This document shows positions 37,740-51,317 of a stretch of DNA of 64,000 nucleotides, piece after piece. The stretch covers positions 22,074,001-22,138,000 of the forward strand of contig CM052816.1 in NCBI GenBank assembly GCA_028534125.1, read 5' to 3'. The translations under genes and the position numbers were made by a program. Source of the DNA: Lama glama (Eukaryota). The notes below the pieces were generated by a model, which saw only the letters and a program-made list of their open reading frames with translations, was not told the origin of the DNA and made no database searches. How positions within the stretch are numbered: the stretch's first letter is position 1; each line of letters starts with the position of its first letter.

Positions 37740-39670
37740 GTAGCTGGAGACAACGATAACCATTTAACTATCTGTCTCCCAATCTTGCCCCTAAAAACAG
37801 TGCAAAACTACAAAGAGAGTATATGAAATCTATACACAAACTATGCTCGCAGCATAACTTGAAGACAGTGGATGCTCAAACTTGAAAATAATTGTAAATA
37901 AAAAGAAAGAAACCAGTTCCCAGCATGTTCTCTCTCATACGCCATCTCTACTCCCAGCCTTCAGCAAGGTTTTGTGGTGACCAAAGGCCAACCAAACAGA
38001 TCCATAGAAAATATAGAAGAAAGCCAGCAAATAGACCTAAGGTTGACCTGCACTGCCAGAAAGACTAACTTCACACTAAGTTTAAAATTAAATATGTGTG
38101 TCTGTGTATGTATGGTAGATCAGAACAGGGACTACAGAGAAGTTATTTAAAATTATGAGCTATTTGCAGAAGTAGTCTTCCAAAGACATAGCTTCAGGGT
38201 TAAGACAAAAGTTAAAAAAGAAACAATCTCCTTTTGGCCTTTAAGTCGTGAAGAAGAAGCACACGGTTAAGTTTTAGTTTCCTGAAAGACAAAATGAACA
38301 CAGAATCAGAGTCTTAAAACCCCTTCTCCCACTAGCAAAACAAAAAAAAGTATTCTAAAGTATCTGGACTTCAAAGTATTCGACAAAAGAAGTGCTGTAA
38401 ACTGGGAATCTTGTAAGACATCCTAATACCACAAAATGGTAAAAAGGGAAGCTTGATAAATCCATATATAGCTATTATAAAATATAAGAAAATGAGAATT
38501 ATTACATGTCAACTGATTCCTCCTCACCCTAGAAAAACAACCATGTAGATGAAAACTGTGGTCACATCCAGACTGAATTAAACATACTCAATCAAGCAAT
38601 TGAAGATAATAAAAAAGGAAAGTGTAGAAGCAGAAATTCAAAAACCCAAGAAAAGAAAATGATAAAAAAAAGGAGTAAAAAGAGTATGAGCTTAGTAAAG
38701 AAGTGGAAAAACAAAAAAATTATTTAGAAACAAATTATAAGGTGCCCTAGGGAGAATAGACTCAAATGAAAATTTAATAAGATGCATTGAAGAGAGGCAG
38801 GAGAAGAATCAAGTGAATGAAAATGACACAAATAATGAAGTAAAAGCCTCAGAGATTCTGTGTTACTTATTTGAAAGTTGCTAAGAGAGGAGGTCTTAAA
38901 CCTTTTCACTACAAAAAAATGAGGTGATAATTATTGTGATGTGAAGGAGGTGTTAGCTAAAGTTGTGGGTGGTAATCATTTTGTAATATGTAAATATATC
39001 AATACTGTGGTACACTTTAAACTTACACAGTGTTGTATATCAGTCTCAAAGCTGGAAAAAAGTGTCAGAGAAAATAGTGGAAATTAAAGACAGGTAACGG
39101 AGAAATTGTATTCATAATTCTAGGGTCCCAAGAAAGAAAAATCAGTGAAAAAGAACTAATATTTAAAGCTATATTCGAAGAAAGTTCTTCAGAAATTGTA
39201 AATGATTTGCATCTGCACATTAAAAGACTCCACTGAATCCTGGCGAAATTAGCCCAGAAAGATCATCTCTAAGACATTTCCTAGAAAAACTGTAAGATTT
39301 CAAAGACAGAAAAGCCTCATGCTTCCAAGTGAAAACATCACATAACTTCCAAAGGTGAAAGAATTGCACTGGTTCAAACATTTGAAAATGCACTGAGACA
39401 ACCAAAGCAAGGCAACAGTGGAGCAGCACTTAAAAAAAAAAAAAAGAAAAGAAAACTCAAAGAAAGAAAGTATGAACCAAGGATTTTATATTCAGCCATA
39501 CTCTTTCATATCACAATTGTGGAGAAAGAGTTTTCAGTGTATAAGAATTTAGGGATTTATATATATACCCTTGAGCTATTTTTTTAAGATATCTACTAGA
39601 GGATATTTTATCCATTTGAGCAATGACTGAGAAAACCTCAGTAAAAGAAATTATAATGAGCATTTAAAAT
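37740..39670 (+). mobile_element. Ancient L1/HAL1-like 5' and ORF1 remnant with an L1MA-type 3' end inserted at ~38860-39061
   Basis: A-rich ORF1-like decay (gaaccaaggattttatattcagcca). The insert tttgaaagttgctaagag...gtggtaatcattttgtaatatg...ctcaaagctggaaaaa is flanked by tcagaga repeats. Confidence 0.6.
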
Positions 39671-40446
39671 ATATGGATGTAAAATAGAGTTACCATATAT
39701 TCCAGCAATTCCACTCTTGGGCATACATCTGAAGACGAAAACTCTAGTTCAAGGAGATACATACCCCCTAGTGTTCATAGCAGCACTGTTTACAATAGCC
39801 AAGACATAGAAACAGCCTAAATACTCATTTACAGAAGAATGGATAAAGAAGATGTGGTATGTGTACACACACTTGTGCATGTGCACGTGTGTGTGCGCGC
39901 ACACACACACAATGGAATCATTATAAAAATGAGAATATATTTTGAACTGAATGAAGATGACATACCGAAATGTGTGAAATTCACCTTAAACCTTTCTTAC
40001 TGAGCAATTTAAGCCTTAATGTTGTAAAGATGAAAGGCTGTAAGCAGGCCTGCTCTTTTTCTGGTAGGAAACATGACTTCATCCTTCAAGATTGCTTGCT
40101 ATAAACACAGCTCTGAGAAATGACCCAGTTAATGAGTGGTTAGGACTTCGCCTTCTTGACAAACCCAGCAAAATATGTAGAAGCACAAGAGGCCCAAGGA
40201 AGTTTGTCTTTTCCCAACAGATAGTAAAAGGGAAATAATAAGATAGATGGACAGTAATAGTATGGCAAGGGTGTAGAGAAAGTAAAGTCCTCATACATTG
40301 CTGGAGGTATATAAAATGATGCAGCCATTTTGGAGAACTGTTTGACAGTTGTTCAAACAGTTAAAAATATAATTACCATATGACCCATCAGTTCCACTCC
40401 TAAGTATATATTCAGGAGAATTGAAAATTGTTGCCCATATAAAATC

Positions 40447-41955
40447 TTTTTTTTAAGTGTACATATGTGTACTGTCATTGTTTCTAAGAACAGATTAGAG
40501 CTTTAGCTTTTTAAACTTACATAGTTATCAAAGGAATAAAACCAACCACAAAATGGGAATCAACAGAATGCGGTAATCCAATCATAAAGGACAGTCAGTT
40601 GTGCTTACATACCTTCAAGAAATCAGTCATCTAAGTTATAAATAATAAGTAGTTCATTTGTGTCCTTATTTTTTTAATTTAATTTAATTTTTTAGATTCC
40701 ACATATAAGTGATGTCATACGGCATTTTTCTTTCTCTATCCGAGAATACTACACTTAGAATGATGATCTTCAGGGTCATCCATGTTGCTGCAAATGGCAT
40801 TATTTTATTCTTTTTTATGACTTGGTAGTGTTCCATTGTAAATATGTACCACATCTTCTTTATCCAGTCATCTGTTGATGAACATTTGGGTTGTTTCCCT
40901 TTCTTGGCTACTGTAAATAGTGCTGCTATGAACATTGGGGTGCATGTGTCTTTTTGAATTTTATTTTTACTCTGGGTTTAGGCCCAGGAGTGGAATTGAT
41001 GGGTCACATGTTAAGTCTACTTTCAGTTTTTTAAGGAACCTCCATGCTGTCTTCCATAGTGGCTGCACCAATCTACACTCTTACCAACAGTGTAGAAGAG
41101 TTCCCTTTTCTCCACACTCTTTCCAGCATCTATCATTTGTAGGTTTTTCAGTGATGGCCATCCTGGCTGGTGTGGGGTGATGTCTCATTGTAGTTTTGAT
41201 CTGCATTTCTCTGACAATTAGCAGTGCTAAACATTTTTTCATGTGCCTATTGACCATTTGTGTGTCTTCATTGGAGAATTGCTTGTTTAGGTCTTCTGCC
41301 CATTTTTGGATTGGATTGCTTGTGTGTTTGATATTAAGGTGTATGAGCTGTTTGTATATTTTGGAAATAATCCCTTTTCAGCTGCATCATTTGCAAATAT
41401 TTTCCTCCCATTTTGTAGGTTGTCTTTTCATTTTGTTGATGGTATCCTTAGCTGTGCAAAAGCTTTTAAGTTTAATTAGATCCCATTTGTTTATTTTTGC
41501 TTTTATTTCCATTACTCCAGTAGTTGGTTTAAAATATATATTGCTGTGATTTGTGTCTGCGAGTGTTCTGCCTATATCTTCCTCTAGGAGTTTTATAGTA
41601 TCTGGTTTTACATTTAAGTCTTTAATCCACTTTGAGTTTATTTTTATACATGGTATTTGAGAATGTTCTGATTTCATTCTTTTACATACAGCTGTCCAGT
41701 TTTTTCCAGCACCACTTATTGAAGAGACTATCTTTTCTCCATTGTATATTCTTGCCTCCTTAGTCATAGATTAATTGACCATAAGTGCGTGAGATTATTT
41801 CTGGATTTTCTATCCTGTTCTGTTGATCTCTGTGTTTGTTGTTGTGCCAACACCATACTGTTTTGATTACTGTAGCTTTGTAGTATAGTCTGAAGTCAGG
41901 GAGTATGATTCCCCCAGCTATGTTCTTCTTTTTCAAGTCTGTTCTGGCTGTTCGG
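40447..41955 (-). mobile_element. L1 ORF2 3' fragment with an atypical ~200-nt tail
   Basis: ORF fragments [43 protein letters not shown] and KQPKCSSTDDWIKKMWYI. Confidence 0.85.
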
Positions 41956-42204
41956 GCCAGCTCTTCTGACAAGTCTACTTAAAAATAACTGAAGTTAATA
42001 AGTAACAAAGCTTATAAAAGTTTAATACTGTTGACTGTATCCAAATGTAATTGCTGTTGTCCAGTATTTTAGTTCTACTTTTTTATCCCACAAATTTTGC
42101 CTTATTGTATTGTTTTATGCAATCATTATTTGTGGAGATTCAACTATGTATTTAGCATTTCTTTGCTTTTAATTCTTTTTATTGAAGGGGGAGGAGGGCA
42201 TCAG

Positions 42205-42309
42205 GTTTATTTTATGTATTTATTTACTTTTAGAGGCAATATTGAGGATGGAACCCAAGACCTTAGGCATACTAAGCATGTACTCTACCACTTGAGCTAT
42301 ACTCTCCCT
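42205..42309 (-). mobile_element. Vic-1-type tRNA-derived SINE (camelid)
   Basis: Reverse complement GGGAGAGTATAGCTCAAGTGGTAGAGTACATGCTTAGTATGCCTAAGGTCTTGGGTTCCATCCTCAATATTGCCTCT plus an A-rich tail. Confidence 0.8.
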
Positions 42310-42596
42310 GCTTCTAATTCTTTCTTACATTGAGACCTTAGTTACAGGAACATTTGTGTTAAATGTGAGGCATACCCTTTAAAACATTCTTTAATAAAGG
42401 GGTTTTGTTGGTAAACATTTAAGCTGGATGTCTTGTTTATTTCGGTTTTTTTTTTCCTGAAAATAACTTTATTTCACTTTATTCTTAAGGATTGTTTTTC
42501 TGTGAATGCAATTTTAGGAGAAAAATCGTTCCCCCACCTCCCCCCCAGCAGTCAGTACATTCTGTTTTCTGGCATGCAGTTTTTGAGAAGTCATTT

Positions 42597-42749
42597 TTTT
42601 TAAATTGAAGTATAGTTAATTACAGTGTGTCAATTTCTGGTGTACAGCACAACATTCCAGTTATGCATATACATACATATATTTGTTTTCATATTCTTTT
42701 CATTAAAGGTTATTACAAGATACTGAATATATAGTTCCCTGTGCTATAC
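42597..42749 (-). mobile_element. Short L1 3'-end insertion
   Basis: Perfect TSD AGAAGTCATTT at 42586-42596 and 42750-42760; matches the L1 terminal 3'UTR seen elsewhere in the window. Confidence 0.88.
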
Positions 42750-45399
42750 AGAAGTCATTTATTTAGTTGCTCTTCCTTTATTAGCTAATCTATATTTTCC
42801 TTCTGGCTGCATTGAAAGTCTTATGTTTTGTTTTCTGTGTAAATTTGTAGTTGCGGTTTTTAATTATCCTGCTTTGGATTTGTTGGCTTTTTTTTTTTAA
42901 ATAAAAAATTCTCAGTCATTTTCTCTCTGGACGTTATCTTTGTTCTTCTTTCTACTGCTGTCACCATCTTGAGCTTAGTTTAAGTAGATGTTCAGTATTT
43001 TCAGCCTATTCTCTGTATTCCTTAAGATTTCTTATTTTTCATCTCATCCTCACTTTGTGCTGCTTACTATATTATTTTTTGACTCTGTCTTCCCAGTTCA
43101 CTAATTTTATTTTTAGTTACATCTTCATATACCATTTAATTCCTTCATTTTTCTTTTTTTACTCTTTGCTCTCATTTTGGATAATTTCTGTTGGCCTATG
43201 TTTAAGCTCATTGATTCTTAAATCAGTTGAATGAAGTCTACTGATGAGCTTATCAAAGGCATTCTTCATCATCAGTACCATGTGTTTGTTTCTAACATTT
43301 TCATTTTACTCTAATGTTTTCCTTGTGTTTGCTTAAACTCTCTGTCTATTCATATTGTCCACTTTTTCCACTGATCCTTTACCATATTAATTACAGTTAA
43401 TTTACATTCTCTGATATTTCCAGCATCTGGATCATCTCTTAGTTTTCAGTGGCTGCTGTGTTGATTCCTTTGTCTCTTGGCAGTGTTTTTTTTTCTTTTA
43501 ACCTTTTAAAATTTTTATGTGAATCATTATTTTGGATTTAATGCTAGATACTCTGTGTAGGGCAAAGGGTAGATAGCGTTTAGGCCTGGAGATGAACACA
43601 CCTCTTCTTCTGCTAGAGTTGAGCGAGGTTTGGATTTTTTTGTTATGGTTACCTTCATTGCACCAGGGGGGTTTCAAATTCCTCTAGTGTTACTTTGTAG
43701 TTTGGGGTCGGACTGTTTTGGGGGAAGATTTTTCTAAGTGTTCCTGCTCTGCTCTCAGTTTTAGTCCTTCTTTCTGCCCTTGTGTTTTAGACAGGATATA
43801 TCTCCCATGTTCTTATCCCTCTTCGAAATACAGATTGTTATTTCTTGTTACTCATTGCTTGCTAGTCTGTCAGTGAGGAGGGATTGCACTTGAGGGGGAT
43901 TTTTATTTTGGATACTTGTCAGTTCTTAACCTGTTTGGTTGCATTTATAATCTCTGGCTCATTTTCAAGTTTCTTTTAAATTTTTTATTACAGCTTTATA
44001 TTTTCTGATATTTCGAATATATTGAAATATTTGCAGATACAATTCTGCTGTCTTTTTTGTCCATTATTGCTCATCATGTCTTATTTGTGCTTGTGATTGG
44101 GTTTTGTTATTGTTGGGGTTTTTTGGTTTTTGTTTTGGGGTTTTTGGGGGGGATTTTTTTGTACGTAAGTTCATGTGTCTTGAACTTTAGGTGTGGAAAT
44201 TCTTTAGACGTTTGGTTTAAAGTTGCGTTCTTGCAACAAGGTTTTAGAGGCTTATGCACTTAAGATATTATGAATTAAAATTACAGACTTGAATAAAAGA
44301 TAATTTCTCAGGGGAAAAGCTTTTTTCTTCCGTTGCTCCCTCCTCCCCACCTCCTCCGTGTATACCCCATACTCCCAAAATTCTCTCAGTGCTAAGCAGT
44401 TTTTCTTGCTGTCTTCTGCTGGATGAGTTTAAACCTTGCTCACAATCCTTACAGTGAGGGTATAGGTTTTTAGGATGAGTTAAGTCTCCTATCGGTTCCC
44501 CATCTCTGGTGGATTTTCTGTTTTATTCTCTTTCTCTCTTATCCTACAGCCATCAAAATGGAAGATCTTTTCTCTAAAGTTAAGAAATCATCGATGAATT
44601 AGGGGTTTTGTTGCTAGCCTACCTCCTAGTATTCTTGCCTTCACTTTATTCTTTGCATTTGGATTCCTTACTTTGTGCCATTTCACTATGTGTTTACAAG
44701 GTGTTTTTTTTTTTTTTTCCTTCATGTTTGAGTTTTATTCAGAGGGAGCTTTGTTAAGGGCACTTAATCCTTTATACATTGTTTACTTTTTGTTGTTGTT
44801 GTTGTTCATTTAGTAGTTTTTCCCAAATGTTTGGGCTTAGAAACTCCTTTCCTAAATTTAATTTACTACTATTTATATTTTGAAAATCCTTTATTGTTTA
44901 AATCACTGCTTCTGCTCAATAAATGGTATCTATTATAAGCTCTGAGAATCATATAATACTGGAATTTCACCTACAGTAGATAATCTGGTTCACCTGTGGT
45001 ATAGGGCAGTATAAAGTAGATGAACTTTTTAGTCACACTTTGAATCCTTACTCACCCACTTGTTTGAGTTATTTCAATTTTGTGAGACTGTACCATCTAT
45101 TGAAGACTAGCAATATAATAGGGTCATTCTGAGCCTTAAAGGATGTAACTTAGAGTTTCTGGTACTTGGTCTAGTGTAGTGATTTAGTAAATACAGTGGT
45201 TCTCCCATCACTTTTTAGAAGAAGAAATTGAATCTCAAGGAGGAAACATGTATTTGCTACCTACACAAAATTCTGTAGTTGTTGAGTCAGAAATTAATCC
45301 CCTGTCTCTTCTGGGTTTTGCCTTTCATAACAGTAATACTCAATAACTTATTCTGCCTGCTTGTATTTCCAAAGTTTAACATACCTGGGGAGAAAGAAT

Positions 45400-46500
45400 T
45401 TAATGTAATGCCCACTTTGGTAAACTTTTTGAATAAGTGAACAAAGATGAATATGAGTATAATGCAGTTCCTGTCCTAAGGAGTTTATAGTGAGGTAAGC
45501 TTATCTAATAATTATGACCAATATGCTTAGTGCTATAAAAGAAGTAGTTTCTTCCTAGGGCAGAGGTGGGGTTGTTTGAACTGGGTCATGAGGTTTGTGT
45601 AGCATGCCAGGATGTTAGCAAAGGAAGAATGGGCTTTTAGGGAGAGTAATGCAAATGTATGCAAAGGCCTGAAGGCAGTCTAGGTTGCCTACACGTAATA
45701 AACCAGTTGCAAGGAATGTCTCTTGTGATTATGAAAGAGGTGACTATTGAGATGTGTCTTAAATGATTGGTAGTGTTTTAGCATGTGAAGATAGAATAGA
45801 TAGGGTAACAGATACTGAGGAAATAAGTAAAGTTACTTAGCAGAATATAAGTTACTAATGTATAGGCACCTATGAGTAGTCACACTGATTTAGCTGCTAC
45901 TTACCCTTGAGTTCTCACACCTGAAAAAGAACATCTTAGACATAGACTCTTTCTGAGAAGTCATCAGGAAGTTTTGCATATCTCACTAGAGCTTGTAGAT
46001 GAGAGAGTTTTTTGTGGGGAGGAGGATAAGGGAGCAGTTTTTCCAAGCTTCCACGTATAAGATAAAGCAATAAAAATATTTTGGGGATAGAGTGTATGTG
46101 GCTTTGAATATCAAATGTAATAGCTTAAAATTTGTTTGGTAACCATTAGCAGCCCATTGTAGCATTTTGAACAGGAGACCTGACGTAATGATGATTTATC
46201 TAGGTGATTTGTCTGACCATGTAGAATAGAGTTAGGAACATATCTGAAGCAGCAGGCTCAGGATTAAGTAAATAAGACTTGAAAAAGGGCTGGTGGTAAT
46301 GGGAATGAAAGAAAAGGCACTGTGAGAGGGATTTCTAAAAAAGATTTGACAAATTCTAAGAAATGACTGAAGATAAGATTTAGAAGACAAGCAGGGGAGT
46401 TGGAAATGTTGAAATTTCATACTTGGGTGACTAGGAAATTTCTGATATTAGCGAGAGATGTGACATTAGCAAAAAAAGTAGTTCAGGGAGAAAACTGAAA
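45400..46500 (+). mobile_element. L2 LINE fragments
   Basis: gttcctgtcctaaggagtttatagt, tgcaaaggcctgaaggca and agcccattgtagcattttgaacagg motifs. Confidence 0.55.
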
Positions 46501-46600
46501 CCTGGTTTAAAGAAAACTTCAGACCATGTCAATATTCCTTTGTAAAAGTAATTTTTAAAAATTATGGTGTAGTCTGTAGTTAAATAGGCAGTGTAGTCTT

Positions 46601-47248
46601 TTTTCCCTTCCAGCTTTATTGAGGTATAATTAACATACAGGACTGTTCTAAGTTTAAGGCATACTGATTTGACTTACTGTGATAATCACATCAAGATATA
46701 TGTAAGTTTTGTGAACATCTGTCATCTCATATAGATAGAAAATTAAAGAAATAGGAAAAATTACTTTTCTTGTGATGAGAACTCTTAGGATTTACTCTCT
46801 TAACTTACAACATACAACAGTTCCTATATATAACATTTAACAGTGTTAATTATATTTATCATGCTGTACATTACTTCTCTTGTGACTGAAAGTTTGTACC
46901 TTTTGACTGCCTTCATCCAGTTCCCCCTCCTCCTAAACCCCTCCTCTGGGAACCACAAATTTTGCCTCTTTTTCTGTGAGTTTGTTTGTTTTTGAAGTAT
47001 AATTGACCTACAGCACTGTGTTAGTTCCTGTTAGCGAAAATAGTGATTTGGTATTTCTCTACATTTCAAAATGATCACCACGATGAGTCTAGTGACCATC
47101 TGTCACCATACAGAAATATTACATAGTTATTGACTGTGTTCCCCTCACTGTACATTTCATACTCGCGACTCCTTTATTTTGCGGCTGGAAGTTTGTACCT
47201 TTTAATCACCCTCTCCTGTTTCTTTCCTTCCCTCCAGCCCTCTCCCCT
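46601..47248 (-). mobile_element. L1MA9-like 3'UTR with an internally duplicated unit, inserted into a MIR
   Basis: TSD GGCAGTGTA(G/A)TCTT at 46587-46600 and 47249-47262; two related units start at ~46615 and ~46990; the MIR resumes at 47263-47480. Confidence 0.8.
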
Positions 47249-47976
47249 GGCAGTGTAATCTTGTATCAGTAACATAAGCTTTGGAGACAGGCCTGTATTC
47301 CGGGTCACCTTTAAAGGTATCACTGTTATGAGACTGGAAAGTCACTGATCTCTTTGGGTTTGACATTGCTCATCTGTAAACTAGAAATAGCAATACCTGA
47401 TTACAAGGCTGTTGTGGAAACTAAATAATGTAATATATATGCGTGCTGGCCTATTTTAAGCCCTTGATAAATGTTAGTTTTCCCTTCTTGCTTAGAAGAT
47501 GCCAGCCTTTTGTATTTTTGGCTTTTTTCACACATTAAGATGGACACCAAAGGATAATACATGGAGCATTTTTGTTTCACTGTTTAGCAATTCACTGAAA
47601 TCATAACCATGATTGTTTGCTAAAATGTGTGTGTAATCTGGCAGCTTGTAATTAGACTCAAAAGTTGTAATTGTTGAAAGTGTAGGTGTAGTTAACAGCC
47701 ATCATTTCTGGTAAGTGACGTTACTTAGAGGATATATGTTTATGTGAGCAAGAGAGACTGTTTCCTGGAAGGAAACTGTGGTCTCGAGATCTTTATAATA
47801 TTATCACCTTTAATCTTTCTGAACTCAAGAGCATTGTTCTATACAGACTGTTTTCTTTGAGGCAGTTTCTTGCACGAAGTAAATGAAGCCCCCTTATGAG
47901 TCTATTAAGACTCCATAGACTGTCAGTAATATGGAAAAATTGGATGTTTAATCAAGAATGTGAACATGTGTTTCAG

Positions 47977-48120
47977 GTAGAGAATTCCAAAGATAATGAA
48001 GATAGTATTTTACAAAGAGAAATTCCTGCTAGACAGTCTCGAAGAAGGTTTCGGAAAATTAACTATAAAGGAGAACGCCAAACCATTACTGATGATGTGG
48101 ATATTAACAGCTATCTTTCT
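47977..48120 (+). CDS. RAPGEF6: RAPGEF6 exon 6 (144 nt): VENSKDNEDSILQREIPARQSRRRFRKINYKGERQTITDDVDINSYLS
   Basis: tgtttcAG acceptor and GTAAGT donor at 48121; phase 0 to 0; the peptide matches recalled RAPGEF6. Confidence 0.97.
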
Positions 48121-48696
48121 GTAAGTATATTTGGGGACATTTCATGGATCTTCCTTAATGTTCATACGCAGTATCTTTAATTTACGTGTATTTTTGGTAA
48201 TAACAACACATGGAGCTCTACATATAAAAGTTTGGGTCAGGTAAATATATTTAGGTAATTTTTTTAAATGCTTCTACTGTGTTGAGTTGGGTAGAAATAC
48301 TCTTACAGGTGGGTTTTTTGTTTTTGTTTATACGATGCAATTTTTTCTTAATGTATCTTTTTAGAAATATTTGTGGATTTTCTTGCTTTTGTTGCCTGAA
48401 TGGAATATAGATTAGAGTCCTCAGAACTCCGGATATAGACTCATTGGGAGCTTTTTTCTGTTACGCAGTAACAGAAGTAAAAATGTCAATTCTTCCATTA
48501 AGGTGGAGGGAAATTATACTTACCGTGTGTTGTGTTTTCACATGCAAATATTGAAAAAGAGGCAGATGAAAAAATAACTTTTGTAATACCAGAAGAAACA
48601 TAAACTGTTTATTCAGAAGTCTTTAATTTGGTAGTGGTAGGTGCTTCTTTTTAGACTGAAAAGTAGTTAAATCAAGAAGTGAGGATTAAAAAAAAA

Positions 48697-49790
48697 CCAA
48701 AGGAAACCATAAACAAAACAAAAATGACAACCTATGGAATGGGAGAAAATTTTTGCAAAAGATGAAACTGACAAAGGCTTGATCTCCAGAATATATAAGC
48801 AGCTTATACGACTTTATAAGAAAAAAACAAACAACCCAATCCAAAAATGGGCAGAAGACCTAAACAAGCAATTCTCCAAGGAAGAAATACAAATGATCAA
48901 TAGACACATGAAAAAATGCTCAATATTGTTAATTATCAGGGAAATACAAATCAAAACTACAATGAGATATCACCTCACACCAGTCAGAATGGCCATCATT
49001 CAAAAGTCCACAAATGACAAATGCTGGAGAGGCTGTGGAGAAAAGGGAACCCTCCTACACTGCTGGTGGGAATGCAGGTTGGTGCAGCCGCTGTGGAAAA
49101 CAGTATGGAGAGTCCTCAAAAGACTAGGAATAGACTTACCATATGACCCAATCAGCCTGCTCCTGGGCATATATCCAGAAGGAACCCTACTTCAAAAAGA
49201 CACCTGCACCCCAATGTTCATAGCAGCACTATTTCCAATAGTCAAGACATGGGAAGAGCCTAAGTGTCCATCAAAAGATGACTGGATAAAGAAGAAATGG
49301 TATATTTATACAATGGAATACTATTCAGCCATAAAAACTGACAACATAACACTATTTGCAGCAACATGGATGCTCCTGGAGAATGTCATTCTAAGTGAAG
49401 TAAGCCAGAAAGAGAAAGAAAAATACCATATGAGATTGCTTATATGTGGAATCTAAAAAGAAAAACAAACAAACAAAATATAAATACAAAACAGAAACAG
49501 ACTCATAGACATAGAATACAAACTTGTGGTTGCCAAGGGGGTGGATGGTGGGAAGGGACAGACTAGGAGTTCAAAATTTGTAGATATTGACAGGCATATG
49601 CAGAATAGATAAACAAGATTATACTATATAGCACAGGGAAATATATACAAATCTGGTGGTAGTTCACAGTGGAAAAAATGTGATAATGAATATATGTATG
49701 TTCATGTATAACTGAAAAATTGTGCTTTACACTGGAAATTGACACAACATTGTAAACTGACTATAACTGAATAAAAAATGTTAAAAAAAA
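48697..49790 (+). mobile_element. Young 5'-truncated camelid L1, sense to the gene, with an uninterrupted 240-codon ORF2 C-terminal frame (48734-49456)
   Basis: [18 protein letters not shown] zinc-knuckle motif, complete 3'UTR, AATAAA at ~49770, poly(A). Confidence 0.92.
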
Positions 49791-51317
49791 TAATTGTTTT
49801 TCAAAAAGAAGAATTCGGGATAGTCCAAGAAAGAATAAATCCAAGTGTATTTATTATAAGCTTTCAATGGAGTCATGTTCCCCCCACATATAAAAACAGT
49901 GTAGAGATTGATGGCAGCAAAATTCCCAAGGATATGTTTAGTTCTTTTGGTTGTCAGAAACACAAATTTACCTGTTCCATGTTAGGAATAAGGAGGATGA
50001 TTTAGGGAGTTGTTTGTAGTAGAATAAATATTAAAGTTAAGGCAGCTCTAAGGATTTAGTTACATTTGCCTAATTTCATTAATTGAGTACTCTATTTCTG
50101 ACAACAAACTGTAACATATGAAATAGTCTTCAAATTTTTTTATTTCATAAGGTTCATTTCCTGATATTATTTAATAATTTCCTTTTGTTTTTATACAATA
50201 AATTTCCCTGTCACTAATTAATTTAAGTTTTGCATTATTATACAAGTGATATGTCTGTTTTTTAAAACTTTAAAGTTGATTAGTCACACCAACCAATTAT
50301 GTAATTTTTGGTGACATTTTATATATTCTTGGGTAAAGCTTTTTTCAACATATAGAGAGATAGGTAGGCTCTTTGGGTAACTTTGTAAAACAAATACTTG
50401 ATCTGTTTTTTAACTTTAAAAAACAAATATATAATCTGAACATCTTTGAATATTATTAATTTTTTAACGTTATTCTTAGTAGTGTTGTACTTCATTTTAA
50501 TAATTGCCATGATTTACTTATTCAGTTCCCTATATTTTATCATTTGAATTTTACTAGTTTTGTTACTGTTGTTTTAAAATAAGGTGCTAAGTGATTTTGT
50601 AGTTATATATGCCCATATCTTGATTTCTTTAGAAAAAATTCCAAGAAGAATAATTGCCTGAAGTTTGTTCAGTTGCACTGTTTGGTTCTCCTTGTATGAA
50701 GAAGAATGCATTGTTTGTGTGTTTTGATTACTTACTTATTCTAGTCTCACCTGTAGTATGTTCTTTTCCCATATAGTTTTGGTGTCATGTAATAAAATCT
50801 AGACAGATTGTATATTTTCCCTTGGTAGCTGTGGCTTGTGCTCATGAGTCATTTACTTTTAGTCCTCATATGTGCCCGGAGCTGTTCTCTTTAGGATATG
50901 CTGGTTTCCTGATTGGACCAGAAAGCAGTAGGCACACTGCTTGGGATTCTGTCCATAAACTCAAAGTAAAGTGTGGCATTTTTACATGTAAAGGCTTGTT
51001 CAGCTAGTTTTAGGTAGTTATCCTGTTGAGCTGTCAGCAGTTTGACAGCTCATGGAAGGGAGAGGACTAAGTTGATTCAACTTAGACAAGACATATTATT
51101 AACCATTAGACTGAGTTAGAGAATGATTTGGTCACGTTACTTGCATGTGCTATCTCTTGAAGTAATAGGAGTCTTTTCTCAAAGGGATATTTTTCAGGCA
51201 TCTTAGAAAATACAGTGTTAAAGAGGTTTTAATTTACTTTTAAATAAAACCTATGCATCTGGCCAAATTCTTCTGTATTGGTAGTTACTCTTGATAAGGA
51301 TGCTTTGTAGCAACAAT

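Noticed and set aside
39863..39910. Alternating purine-pyrimidine (CA/TG/CG) tract as a Z-DNA or hairpin element
   Set aside because: It is an ordinary microsatellite expansion at the usual tata/caca position of an L1 3' fragment.
47971..47982. CAG|GTAGAG as a recursive-splicing site
   Set aside because: GTAGAG is simply the Val-Glu codons of the exon and a poor donor match; nothing else supports it.
47896..48180. 94-aa ORF as a stand-alone gene
   Set aside because: It is exon 6 plus in-frame intron read-through; only 47977-48120 is bounded by AG/GT and matches RAPGEF6.
48734..49456. 240-aa ORF as a novel protein-coding gene
   Set aside because: It is the C-terminus of L1 ORF2p in a 5'-truncated copy with no promoter or RT domain.
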